Shown: one piece after another, positions 19,287 to 27,921 of the stretch | How positions within the stretch are numbered: position 1 is the first letter of the stretch | How the letters are laid out: the number at the start of each line of letters is the position of its first letter | Notes under the pieces: model-generated | What the model was told of the DNA's origin: nothing | What the model saw: only the letters and a program-made list of their open reading frames with translations | The model's database searches: none | From: a virus | IMG/VR virus record: IMGVR_UViG_3300033182_000769 | Coordinates: 32,001-96,000 of that record | DNA length: 64,000 nt | Direction: 5' to 3' (one strand) | Program-made: the position numbers and the translations under genes

Positions 19287-21875
19287 TTACTCTTGGTTTA
19301 AAAAACCATCTCCATAATACTGATCGTCAAACTGGTCAGTTCCCTGTGAACTTCCGGTTGTGGTCTCTTCGCCGCCGGGCGAGACCGGGGCAGGCGCAAC
19401 ACCAGAATTATTGTCTGTTGTATTCTTCTTAGGATTAGGTGCTGTCGATGTTGGCGGTTCTTTCTTATTACCAACTTTTGTAGGCATAGTGTTTTTCTTA
19501 TCAGGTTCAGCAAGAGATTGTTTTCCGTCATAGTCTTGTGCTTGTCCTGGCATTCTTATACAGTGTAAGGACTGTGTAAACTTTCCTTGGTTGAAGTGAT
19601 TTTCAACTGTTACAACTTTGTAAATTCCACTAAACGGACTTTCTTTTTGTTCTGGCGAAAATTTATACAAACCTTCTGTAAGATCTATATCTGCAGGTGT
19701 TCTAAAAGATAGGTAAATGAAAACGTCACCGTCTTCACAATTTGCCGTTCCGTCTACTGTCATTTGTTCAAACCCAAGCGCAGGTGCAGCGTGATAATTT
19801 GCAATACCATTATCAACGATCCAATAAGGGTCTCCTAAGATCTCTAAGTCAACTTTAACTAAGTCAGCACTTGTTCCATCAATAAATGCTTGATGGAACG
19901 CCTCGGCAACCATCTGCTCTGTGTCTCCTGTGGCTGCACCGCCTTTGTTTACTTTTTTCAACAAAGCAGGATTATTTCTAACTCTTGCTCTTCCTAAATT
20001 TGCCGTTTGTGCTTCCGGTGCGGTTCCTTGAGGAGCGGTTGTTTCTTTTCCTACGTCAGGAGCAGGACCTTGCTGATCAGGATTTACAACAGTTCTTGTA
20101 TTTGATTCTGGTGACGGGTTGCCACCTACGTAGAATAAATTATCTATCTGTATATCAAACCCAATTATGTCTGCATTCTGCCCCGTATAGATGTAGTCGT
20201 ATGACTTTGTAATTTTCTTCGCTAACTCTCCGTATCCAATTGGCATACTTGTTGGGTTAGAAAAAACTGTATGATGTACTTTGTACGGAACAACTCTGTA
20301 GATTATCTTACGAGCATAATCTCCAATAATGGGGTCAAAATCTAAGTACTCCATCTGGCCGTCAATCCTAAACCATGTAATCATACCGGCAGCATCAATT
20401 TCTGCATTAGTAATTGTTCGTTTTGCAAACAACGATGTTGTTACTACAGAATTAATAATTTCCATTATTGTCTGCGACTGGGAGAAATAGAAAGTTCGTT
20501 TTTCAACATCTATTTCCATCTTATCTCGTTTTAGTCGACCTGTCTTTTCGTCGACTACATCTTCAGGATGTTTAAAAACAAAGTTGCCGCCTGTTGTAGC
20601 ATCAAATCCAAAACCAGACTGGCCAAATGGGTTTTGACCGTATTGACCCGATAATCCTTCGTATGTACTTGCTGCTACTGCCGACCCTTTAATTGTAGTT
20701 GTTGAACTTGGAGTACTTGATGTTGTTGCTCCTTTTGTATCCGGTAGTGTTAAAACTGTAATCTCTGATGAGGCAGATGTTGGAAAATGAATTTCGTAAA
20801 CATCTGGTGAACCTATTTTTCCTTCATCCACTAAATTTTGTTCATTTTGATTAAGTTGCGCACACAGACTTTTTTCTCCAGAAACTAAAATTTCATCAAC
20901 AGTTCCGGTTCTTGTTGCTGTTAAACTGATGTCTTTATACATAGTTGCCATAACATCTGACATAGTTTGATGATTAGTTGGCACTGCCTGGATTGAATAA
21001 ACACATCCTCCTTCGTTGACATTAAATGTTGCTTTTGTTATGTACAAAACAAAATATTTAGGTTTTACAGTACTCAAAATTTTTCCTGTCTCACTCCATC
21101 CTTTGATGTCAAGTCTAAGTAGGAACGGTGCTGAAAAGTAATCCGGCCAGCCTGCTTTAATTGCGGCCACTTGTAAACTTTGAAGTAGCAATCCCATACT
21201 ATACGGTTCAATAACTTCAAAGTCAAACTTTATGGCGTTGGTGTTACCGGTTTTCGGTCCAGGAGCAATAACTGTTTTCATTTTAAAATTTTCAATATAG
21301 TACTCAGGTGAACCGTGTTTTGTATTTGTTCTAAGGTTGTCGCCACGTCCAGCACTTGAAAAAATAATGCTTGATTCAGAAACTGATCCTGTATCAATAT
21401 TGATATCAAAAAAGTCAGCAAACGATAAATCATCTGTTCTATATAACGACGGATTATTAAACTGTTCAGGTGTTAATACAGCCAGTGTCCATAAAGGTGA
21501 AAAAGATGCAAAGTGTTCTAATGGATTTTCAACAAGATTTTGTAGATTGTGTCTTGGGTTAGGGTGTGTCATGCCTAACTCTGCTTCTTCTACAGTTGGT
21601 TTTCCACCTACTATTTTATTAACTGCACTTTCAAAAACAGACCCTGTGGTAATTTTTGCTAATGCTTCGGGAAGATTTTTAGGAACTGCTGCAGGTATGT
21701 TTGGAGTTCCGTCTGGTTTTTTATTCTGATAAGCATCTAACTGAGATTGTGTACCATATACTCTTGCTTTTTGTCCGCTAATTGTTGTTTCAATATACGG
21801 CTTAGTTCTATCTATATTGAAGTTTACTGTTTGGCCATTACTTTGTAATCTACGTTCGATAAATTCGTCGGCCAT
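19287..21875 (-). CDS. Putative baseplate hub protein (gp27/GpD-like), 862 aa
   Basis: Lies between gp53 and gp5. The C-terminal VDLEILGDP...FSGIYKVVTVENHFNQGKFTQSLHCIR resembles hub-protein C-termini. Confidence 0.6.
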   Translation of the reverse strand: MADEFIERRLQSNGQTVNFNIDRTKPYIETTISGQKARVYGTQSQLDAYQNKKPDGTPNIPAAVPKNLPEALAKITTGSVFESAVNKIVGGKPTVEEAELGMTHPNPRHNLQNLVENPLEHFASFSPLWTLAVLTPEQFNNPSLYRTDDLSFADFFDINIDTGSVSESSIIFSSAGRGDNLRTNTKHGSPEYYIENFKMKTVIAPGPKTGNTNAIKFDFEVIEPYSMGLLLQSLQVAAIKAGWPDYFSAPFLLRLDIKGWSETGKILSTVKPKYFVLYITKATFNVNEGGCVYSIQAVPTNHQTMSDVMATMYKDISLTATRTGTVDEILVSGEKSLCAQLNQNEQNLVDEGKIGSPDVYEIHFPTSASSEITVLTLPDTKGATTSSTPSSTTTIKGSAVAASTYEGLSGQYGQNPFGQSGFGFDATTGGNFVFKHPEDVVDEKTGRLKRDKMEIDVEKRTFYFSQSQTIMEIINSVVTTSLFAKRTITNAEIDAAGMITWFRIDGQMEYLDFDPIIGDYARKIIYRVVPYKVHHTVFSNPTSMPIGYGELAKKITKSYDYIYTGQNADIIGFDIQIDNLFYVGGNPSPESNTRTVVNPDQQGPAPDVGKETTAPQGTAPEAQTANLGRARVRNNPALLKKVNKGGAATGDTEQMVAEAFHQAFIDGTSADLVKVDLEILGDPYWIVDNGIANYHAAPALGFEQMTVDGTANCEDGDVFIYLSFRTPADIDLTEGLYKFSPEQKESPFSGIYKVVTVENHFNQGKFTQSLHCIRMPGQAQDYDGKQSLAEPDKKNTMPTKVGNKKEPPTSTAPNPKKNTTDNNSGVAPAPVSPGGEETTTGSSQGTDQFDDQYYGDGFLNQE

Positions 21876-21876
21876 G

Positions 21877-22176
21877 TTAAACTCCTAAGTATTTTTCTAA
21901 GTTGCTCTTCTTTGGCAGATAAATTTGTGTTCCTGGAATAAAATCAAAAATAGGGTCTTTTAAAATGCTCATGTTTCTTTGAGCAAACACCCACCATAAC
22001 TTTTCATTTTCATATAAATCATATGCTAACAAGTCTGGTCTAAATTTGTATTGATTTTCAATAACGTATTTGTAATCACTATCTTCTGAGGGCACCGGGC
22101 GAATTCTTAATAGATCCAAGTATAATGCTGTTTCGCTTGTATTACTCCATGGTGAAGATTTTTTATAGGTTGCCAT
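21877..22176 (-). CDS. gp53: Baseplate wedge protein gp53-like (LysM-like)
   Basis: YKFRPDLLAYDLYENEKLWWVFAQRN...PIFDFIPGTQIYLP matches the gp53 RPD..AY..YG...LWW..L..N motif. Confidence 0.82.
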   Translation of the reverse strand: MATYKKSSPWSNTSETALYLDLLRIRPVPSEDSDYKYVIENQYKFRPDLLAYDLYENEKLWWVFAQRNMSILKDPIFDFIPGTQIYLPKKSNLEKYLGV

Positions 22177-22177
22177 A

Positions 22178-23473
22178 TTATAAGTATCCTATTCTTCCAT
22201 TTTGAGCCATCTTTCCTGAAGCAAAATCTGCCAAGTTGAACTTTCTCATTCCTGCTCTGTTGTAAATTGGCGCTAATTGAACATTAATTGTGCTCAATGT
22301 AGGAACCATTGTGTTTGTTCCAAATGTATCACATTTAATATATTGTACATCTGGTGGTAAATCTACTGAAAAACTCTTTACAACAACAGGAACCCTGTCA
22401 AAAACACTTGCTCCGTATCCTGACAAATAACAAATTATTGGCGGGTTTCCTACTAAATCGCCCTGTCCATAAAACATCTTTGTTGCTGTACGGAAAAATG
22501 TTGTTGCGGCAATCCAGTACGCTGCATCCGCTGATGTCTCTGATGGGAACTGTCCGGAAATATTAATATCGTCCACTTGTGAGTTCTTATATGCGAGGAA
22601 AGGATAATTATTATGTGTAGGATCAATGCTTGAATAATTTGCACTTGTCGCAAGGTCTATAGTTGGCAGTATTGGAAATACAACACCGCCTGTTGATGAT
22701 AACCTGCTGAACAACGGGTTTTGGCCAAAATAAGACCACTCGCAAGTAATTTTAACACGCCAGTCGTCTTTAGTGCCGGGTGTTAATTTTATTTCTTGTC
22801 CTGAACTGTCAAATAATTCAGCGCCACTTGGGAGATTTATACCTCTTTTGAGACTTAATATATCATTTAACGAGCCTGCGGCTTTAGACAATCCAGAAGC
22901 AATGCCTTTTATCCCACCGGCTAAATCGCCGCCAGTTAGTTTACTTAAAGACGACGTTATTTCTGCGCCTCCCGGAAACTTTGATGCCAACGCAGAAGCA
23001 TCCGATGCAAGAGAAGATAAGGAAAATCCGTTACCGCTCGGTAAAGCAGACGACACAGGGTTAGAATCTGCTGCCAGGTATGAAGCATCACCCCAATCTA
23101 CATCTTCATCCCAATCGTCTTCATCGGACCCTGTAGCGCCGTTTAAGCCTGATCCAACACCGCCCGATAGTCTTGTAACTGCTTCATCTAACTTTACTTT
23201 GGATTCTGCTACGCCTGCGTCAATTGCGGCTGGTGCTTCTGATGCTACTGTCTGCACTTGTTCTGTGATTCCAGAAACAAGTTTAGCAAAAGGGTTTCCA
23301 GACAAACTAAATCCGCTACCGCCTTCGCCAAAGCCAAGGGCGTTAGTTAAACTTTCATTGAGCGCACGATTAGATGCCACTTGCTCTGCTGTGATTCCAT
23401 TCGGATCACCTGATTGTGCATTAATTCGTGCTGCTTCTTCTGCAGGAGTATTTGGATATGTTTTTTTGGCCAT
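22178..23473 (-). CDS. Putative tail-tube initiator / baseplate-tube cap (gp48/gp54-like) with a low-complexity N-terminal half
   Basis: The C-terminal domain (GVVFPILPTI...YKNSQVDDINISGQF...GNPPIICYLSGYG...VPVVVKSFSVDLP) looks tube-initiator-like. First gene of the baseplate module. Confidence 0.6.
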   Translation of the reverse strand: MAKKTYPNTPAEEAARINAQSGDPNGITAEQVASNRALNESLTNALGFGEGGSGFSLSGNPFAKLVSGITEQVQTVASEAPAAIDAGVAESKVKLDEAVTRLSGGVGSGLNGATGSDEDDWDEDVDWGDASYLAADSNPVSSALPSGNGFSLSSLASDASALASKFPGGAEITSSLSKLTGGDLAGGIKGIASGLSKAAGSLNDILSLKRGINLPSGAELFDSSGQEIKLTPGTKDDWRVKITCEWSYFGQNPLFSRLSSTGGVVFPILPTIDLATSANYSSIDPTHNNYPFLAYKNSQVDDINISGQFPSETSADAAYWIAATTFFRTATKMFYGQGDLVGNPPIICYLSGYGASVFDRVPVVVKSFSVDLPPDVQYIKCDTFGTNTMVPTLSTINVQLAPIYNRAGMRKFNLADFASGKMAQNGRIGYL

Positions 23474-23500
23474 TTTGGTAAAATTTCTTCCTTATTACTC

Positions 23501-23508
23501 TATTTATT
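23501..23508 (-). promoter_or_regulatory. Late promoter (AATAAATA) driving the leftward baseplate operon
   Basis: ATAAATA on the minus strand 28 nt upstream of the 23473 ATG, followed by an AAGGAAG RBS. Confidence 0.65.
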
Positions 23509-23520
23509 TCAGTAATAATG

Positions 23521-23532
23521 TGCTATTATAAT
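23521..23532 (+). promoter_or_regulatory. Possible sigma70-type extended -10 promoter for gp55
   Basis: TGCTATTATAAT contains TGn-TATTAT and TATAAT, upstream of an AGGAG RBS. No clear -35. Confidence 0.45.
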
Positions 23533-23557
23533 AACCTTAGGAGATTAATTAGAGACC

Positions 23558-24403
23558 ATGCAAAAAAGAGTAAACTATTTAAATAACAAAGACCTGTTAA
23601 AAGAAATACACAATTCTAAGAATACATTTTGTTCCTTTACAGAACCAGAATACCATAGATTTGATATTATCTTAGATGATATTGATAAAATTAATGTCAG
23701 AACAACTGCTGAAGCAAAACGTGCTCGAGCAAAACGACTATCACAAATTGCACACGAAGAAGCAATGATTGCTGCGGGTAAAAAATTACCTGCTAAAGAG
23801 TTTGAAATCGATTATAAAAAAGTTGCCAAGACTGATGTGATATTTCGTATCATGACGTTTGATCATATCCCAGAAGATCCTAAACGTAAAAAAACTAAAA
23901 AAACTGTTGCGGATCATCATGTCAAATTAAATTTTCCACCGTTTCAACACTGGAAGTTTGACGAAAACGACAATCTTATCTGTGTAGGTAAAAGTCACTG
24001 GGAGGGCGGTATGCACAACGGTCACTTCAATCCTAAAAAAGGACAAGCAACTAACGAACTTGCTAAGATGTGGATGAAATTGTGTGAAAGATACGCAACA
24101 CGTGGTAATGTTCGTGGTTATACCTATAATGACGAAATGCGAGGGCAGGCTATTTTACAATTAGCACAAATTGGTTTGCAATTTGACGAGTCTAAGTCAG
24201 ACAATCCATTTGCTTATTATACAGCCGCAGTTACTAATTCATTTGTTAGAATTATTAACATTGAAAAACGTAACCAAAACATACGTGACGATATTTTAGA
24301 AATGAATGGCTTAAATCCAAGTTGGACCAGACAAAATCAAGGTGTTGATGAGCGTGCCGCAGAACGTGCATACGCCGGAACAGATTCTTCCAATAACGAT
24401 TGA
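23558..24403 (+). CDS. gp55: Late-transcription sigma factor gp55-like
   Basis: N-terminal YLNNKDLL and core YTYNDEMRGQAILQLAQIGLQFDESKSDNPFAYYTAAVTNSFVRIINIEKR match the gp55 pattern. The 55-47-46 order is as in T4-like phages. Confidence 0.85.
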   Translation: MQKRVNYLNNKDLLKEIHNSKNTFCSFTEPEYHRFDIILDDIDKINVRTTAEAKRARAKRLSQIAHEEAMIAAGKKLPAKEFEIDYKKVAKTDVIFRIMTFDHIPEDPKRKKTKKTVADHHVKLNFPPFQHWKFDENDNLICVGKSHWEGGMHNGHFNPKKGQATNELAKMWMKLCERYATRGNVRGYTYNDEMRGQAILQLAQIGLQFDESKSDNPFAYYTAAVTNSFVRIINIEKRNQNIRDDILEMNGLNPSWTRQNQGVDERAAERAYAGTDSSNND

Positions 24404-24428
24404 CAAACAACTATTTTGATAGTATAAT
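24400..24428 (+). promoter_or_regulatory. Consensus sigma70 promoter TTGACA-N17-TATAAT for the gp47-gp46 operon
   Basis: TTGACA at 24400-24405 (overlapping the gp55 stop), a 17 nt spacer, TATAAT at 24423-24428, then a GGAG RBS. Confidence 0.85.
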
Positions 24429-24448
24429 ATTATAAGAATGGAGTAACT

Positions 24449-25462
24449 ATGCCATTATTTAAAAAAGCGGCTTGCTTTACAGATATACACTTTGGTATGA
24501 AAAGTGGTAGCCGCACACATAATAACGATTGTGAAAACTTTGTAAAATGGTTTTGCAAAGAAGCAAAAGATGCAGGTGCTGAAACTTGCATCTTTCTTGG
24601 TGACTGGCATCATAACCGTGCTACTACCGACGTAAGCACAATGAACTACACAGTTTCAAATCTCGAAAGACTAAATGAAACATTTGAAAAAGTATATTTC
24701 ATTTTAGGAAATCACGACCTATTCTACAAGGAAAAGAGAGAGATTAACTCTGTAGAATTTATGCGACTGTTTCCAAACATTATTCCTATTAGAGAACCGT
24801 TCACAGAAGGCGATGTTACTATCCTTCCGTGGCTTGTAGGTGATGAATGGAAAACTGTTGAAAAAGATACAAGCAAATATATGTTTGGGCATTTTGAATT
24901 ACCATCATTCTATATGAATGCTATGGTGCAGATGCCAGATCACGGAACACTACAAAAAACACATTTTAAAAATCAAGACTATGTCTTTAGTGGTCACTTC
25001 CATAAGAGACAAAGCAATAATAATATTCACTATATTGGTAATGCGTTTCCGCACAACTATGCAGATGCATGGGATGATGATCGCGGTATGATGTTGCTCG
25101 ATTGGGGCGGTGAACCAGAGTTTCGTACTTGGCCAAAGCAGCCTGTATATAGAACATATAAATTAAGTCGTTTGTTAGACGATCCTGACAGTGAGTTACG
25201 TGAAGGAATGCATTGTCGTGTCACTATTGATGTTCCTATTAGTTTTGAAGAAGCAAACTTTATTAAAGAAACATTAATTCCTCAATACAACTTAAGAGAA
25301 CTAATGCTTATCCCTGAAAAGGTAGAAGTTGAAGAACAAAACTCTACTCCTGTTGATATTAACTTTGAAAGCGTTGATACAATTGTTATGAATCAGATCG
25401 AAGCAATTGAATCAGATGCTTTTGACAAGAAAATGCTATTGGACATTTATAGACACCTATGA
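24449..25462 (+). CDS. gp47: Recombination endonuclease subunit gp47 (Mre11/SbcD metallophosphoesterase)
   Basis: Motifs TDIHFG, FLGDWHH, ILGNHD, FGHFE and SGHFH. Confidence 0.93.
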   Translation: MPLFKKAACFTDIHFGMKSGSRTHNNDCENFVKWFCKEAKDAGAETCIFLGDWHHNRATTDVSTMNYTVSNLERLNETFEKVYFILGNHDLFYKEKREINSVEFMRLFPNIIPIREPFTEGDVTILPWLVGDEWKTVEKDTSKYMFGHFELPSFYMNAMVQMPDHGTLQKTHFKNQDYVFSGHFHKRQSNNNIHYIGNAFPHNYADAWDDDRGMMLLDWGGEPEFRTWPKQPVYRTYKLSRLLDDPDSELREGMHCRVTIDVPISFEEANFIKETLIPQYNLRELMLIPEKVEVEEQNSTPVDINFESVDTIVMNQIEAIESDAFDKKMLLDIYRHL

Positions 25463-27234
25463 TCAAAATTAAGAATTTAACCGTAAAAAACTTTATGAGC
25501 GTGGGCAATCAAACTCAGGCCATTGACTTTGATAGAGGACATTTAACTCTTGTTTTAGGCGAGAATTTAGATTTAGGCGGAGATGACAGCGGTAGCCGTA
25601 ATGGCACTGGTAAAACTACAATCATCAATAGTTTAAGTTACGCAATATACGGTCAAGCACTTACAAACATTAAGCGTGATAATCTTGTCAACAAGATTAA
25701 CAACAAAGCAATGCTTGTTACTTGTACTTTTGAAAAAGACGGTGTTGAATATCATATTGAACGCGGTCGTAAACCTAATACACTTAATTTGTACATTAAC
25801 GGCCAGGAACAAGAAAATGACGATAGTGAAAGTCAGGGCGATAGTAGAGAAACACAGAAAGAAATTGAACAAATCTTTGGCATGAGCCATGATATGTTTA
25901 AACATTTAGTTGCCTTAAACACTTACACAGAACCATTTTTAAGTATGCGAGCAAATGATCAACGTATGATTATCGAACAGTTGCTTGGTATTACTATGCT
26001 GTCTGAAAAAGCAGACAACTTAAAAGAGCAAATTAAGCAAACAAAAGATGCTATTACTACAGAAAACACTCGCATCGAAACAATTAAAGCAAGTAATGAC
26101 AGAATTTCAGAAAGCATTGCTGGTTTAGAACGTAAGCAATCCTTATGGAAAACAACAAAAGAGAAATCAATCTTAGATTTACAAAAAGCAATTAAAGCCT
26201 TAGAGGCTATCAACATTGATGCAGAGATTGATGCTCACAGATGTTTAGATGATTACAACGAAAAGAAAAAACTAATTACCGAAGCGCAACGTTGGATTGC
26301 CAGCATTGAGGCAGATAACACAAAACAAGAAAATACTATTGCAAAATTAGATAAAGAGATTGCATTATTAAAAGAACACAAGTGTCATACTTGTGGACAA
26401 GAACTGCACGACCAGCAACAAGAAGAAATTTTAAAAAGTAAAGACGAACAAAAACAAGAAGCCGCATTACAACTTCTTGCTAATGAAACACAATGGCAAG
26501 AGCACACTGATGTTATTTCAAAGATTGGTGAATTAGAGCCATGTCCTGCTACTCAATACGACACACTCGAAGAAGCACTCAATCATCGCAGCACATTAGA
26601 AAGTTTACAAAAAGAAATTGAAACAAAACAATCAGAAACTAATCCTTATACAGAACAAATTGAAGAATTAAAAGAAAGCGCCATTCAAGAAGTTAGTTGG
26701 GATACTGTAAACGAACTTACTCGTGTTAAAGAACACCAAGACTTCTTGTTAAAACTGCTTACAAACAAAGATTCATTTGTACGTAAACGTATTATTGATC
26801 AGAACTTAGCATTCTTAAATCAGCGTTTAACGTATTACTTGGCAAAGATCGGTTTGCCACATATAGTGGAGTTTAATAATGATTTAACTGTGATAATTAC
26901 ACAGTTAGGTCAAGATTTAGACTTCGATAATCTATCAAGAGGGGAACGAAACAGACTCGTTTTAGCAATGAGTTGGGCATTCCGTGATGTATGGGAGAAT
27001 CTATATCAAAGCATTAACCTCTTATTCATTGACGAATTAGTCGACAGCGGTATGGATAGTGCCGGCGTTGAAAGTGCCATTGCGGTACTTAAAAAGATGA
27101 CTCGTGAAAGAGAGAAGAATGTTTTCTTAATTTCACACAAAGACGAGTTAATCAGTCGTGTAAACCAAGTTCTAAAAGTTATTAAGGAAAATGGTTTTAC
27201 AAATTATAGTACGGATGTAGAAATTTTGGAATGA
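25459..27234 (+). CDS. gp46: Recombination endonuclease ATPase subunit gp46 (Rad50/SbcC)
   Basis: KNFMSVG, Walker A GSRNGTGKT, coiled coil with zinc hook CHTCG, ABC signature LSRGE, Walker B LFIDE and the ISH switch. Confidence 0.93.
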   Translation: MIKIKNLTVKNFMSVGNQTQAIDFDRGHLTLVLGENLDLGGDDSGSRNGTGKTTIINSLSYAIYGQALTNIKRDNLVNKINNKAMLVTCTFEKDGVEYHIERGRKPNTLNLYINGQEQENDDSESQGDSRETQKEIEQIFGMSHDMFKHLVALNTYTEPFLSMRANDQRMIIEQLLGITMLSEKADNLKEQIKQTKDAITTENTRIETIKASNDRISESIAGLERKQSLWKTTKEKSILDLQKAIKALEAINIDAEIDAHRCLDDYNEKKKLITEAQRWIASIEADNTKQENTIAKLDKEIALLKEHKCHTCGQELHDQQQEEILKSKDEQKQEAALQLLANETQWQEHTDVISKIGELEPCPATQYDTLEEALNHRSTLESLQKEIETKQSETNPYTEQIEELKESAIQEVSWDTVNELTRVKEHQDFLLKLLTNKDSFVRKRIIDQNLAFLNQRLTYYLAKIGLPHIVEFNNDLTVIITQLGQDLDFDNLSRGERNRLVLAMSWAFRDVWENLYQSINLLFIDELVDSGMDSAGVESAIAVLKKMTREREKNVFLISHKDELISRVNQVLKVIKENGFTNYSTDVEILE

Positions 27235-27458
27235 GCACTGAATCGCACGACGAAATGATCCATGCATTCCAAGAATATTTTAAATGGCAGGATCGATTTG
27301 AGTACCATGGCTCGGATGAGGCAGGTATTAAAGCACGATTTTGGCTCAGCGAAATACGAAATCAGGCGAGTATCAGGCGAGTAGAAATACAAGAAAAACG
27401 TAAGGCAAGAAAAGCAGCCAGAAAAGGCATGGTAGGGAGACCAAAAAAGCATAACTAA
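27231..27458 (+). CDS. Small basic protein, Hc1 (histone H1-like) pattern, with a C-terminal AT-hook-like GRPKK
   Basis: FEYHGSDEAGIKARFWLSEIRNQASIRRVEIQEKRK resembles the Hc1-like G.K.AG.RAR..L.E motif. Start overlaps the gp46 stop (ATGA). Confidence 0.55.
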   Translation: MSTESHDEMIHAFQEYFKWQDRFEYHGSDEAGIKARFWLSEIRNQASIRRVEIQEKRKARKAARKGMVGRPKKHN

Positions 27459-27465
27459 TAGCGTT

Positions 27466-27921
27466 ATGCATTGGACCCACGAAGGCAAAATAGTAGACTC
27501 GATTTCCGACGAATACGAAGGTTTCGTCTATCTCATAACAAATCTAAAAACCGGGCAAAAATATATAGGCAAAAAACTTGCTAAATTTAAAACTACTAAA
27601 CCACCACTCAAAGGACGAAAAAACAAACGTCGAGGCACAAAAGAAAGCGATTGGAAAACCTATTGGGGTTCTTCAGATCGTTTAAACGCAGATGTCCAAG
27701 CATTAGGCCCGGAAAACTTTACCAGAGAAATACTTTATTTTTGCAAAAACAAGGCAGAGATGTCCTACATAGAGGCAAGAGAACAGTTTGACCGCCGTGT
27801 ATTAGAAACAGATGATTATTATAACGGTATTATAGCAGTGAAAGTAGGCGGTTCAGATAAACTTAGAAAAGCACTTTTAGAACAATCAATCAAACAAAAG
27901 GCAAAAAACACTACCAAATAA
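27466..27921 (+). CDS. GIY-YIG nuclease (T4 endonuclease II/DenA- or Seg-like), 151 aa
   Basis: GFVYLITNLKTGQKYIGKK (GIY...YIG), DWKTYWGSS, FTREIL, conserved E in IEAREQF, and YYNGII. Confidence 0.85.
   Translation: MHWTHEGKIVDSISDEYEGFVYLITNLKTGQKYIGKKLAKFKTTKPPLKGRKNKRRGTKESDWKTYWGSSDRLNADVQALGPENFTREILYFCKNKAEMSYIEAREQFDRRVLETDDYYNGIIAVKVGGSDKLRKALLEQSIKQKAKNTTK

Noticed and set aside
22773-23531. 252 aa plus-strand ORF
   Set aside because: Antisense shadow of the low-complexity half of the gp48/54-like gene, with a GTG start and no RBS.
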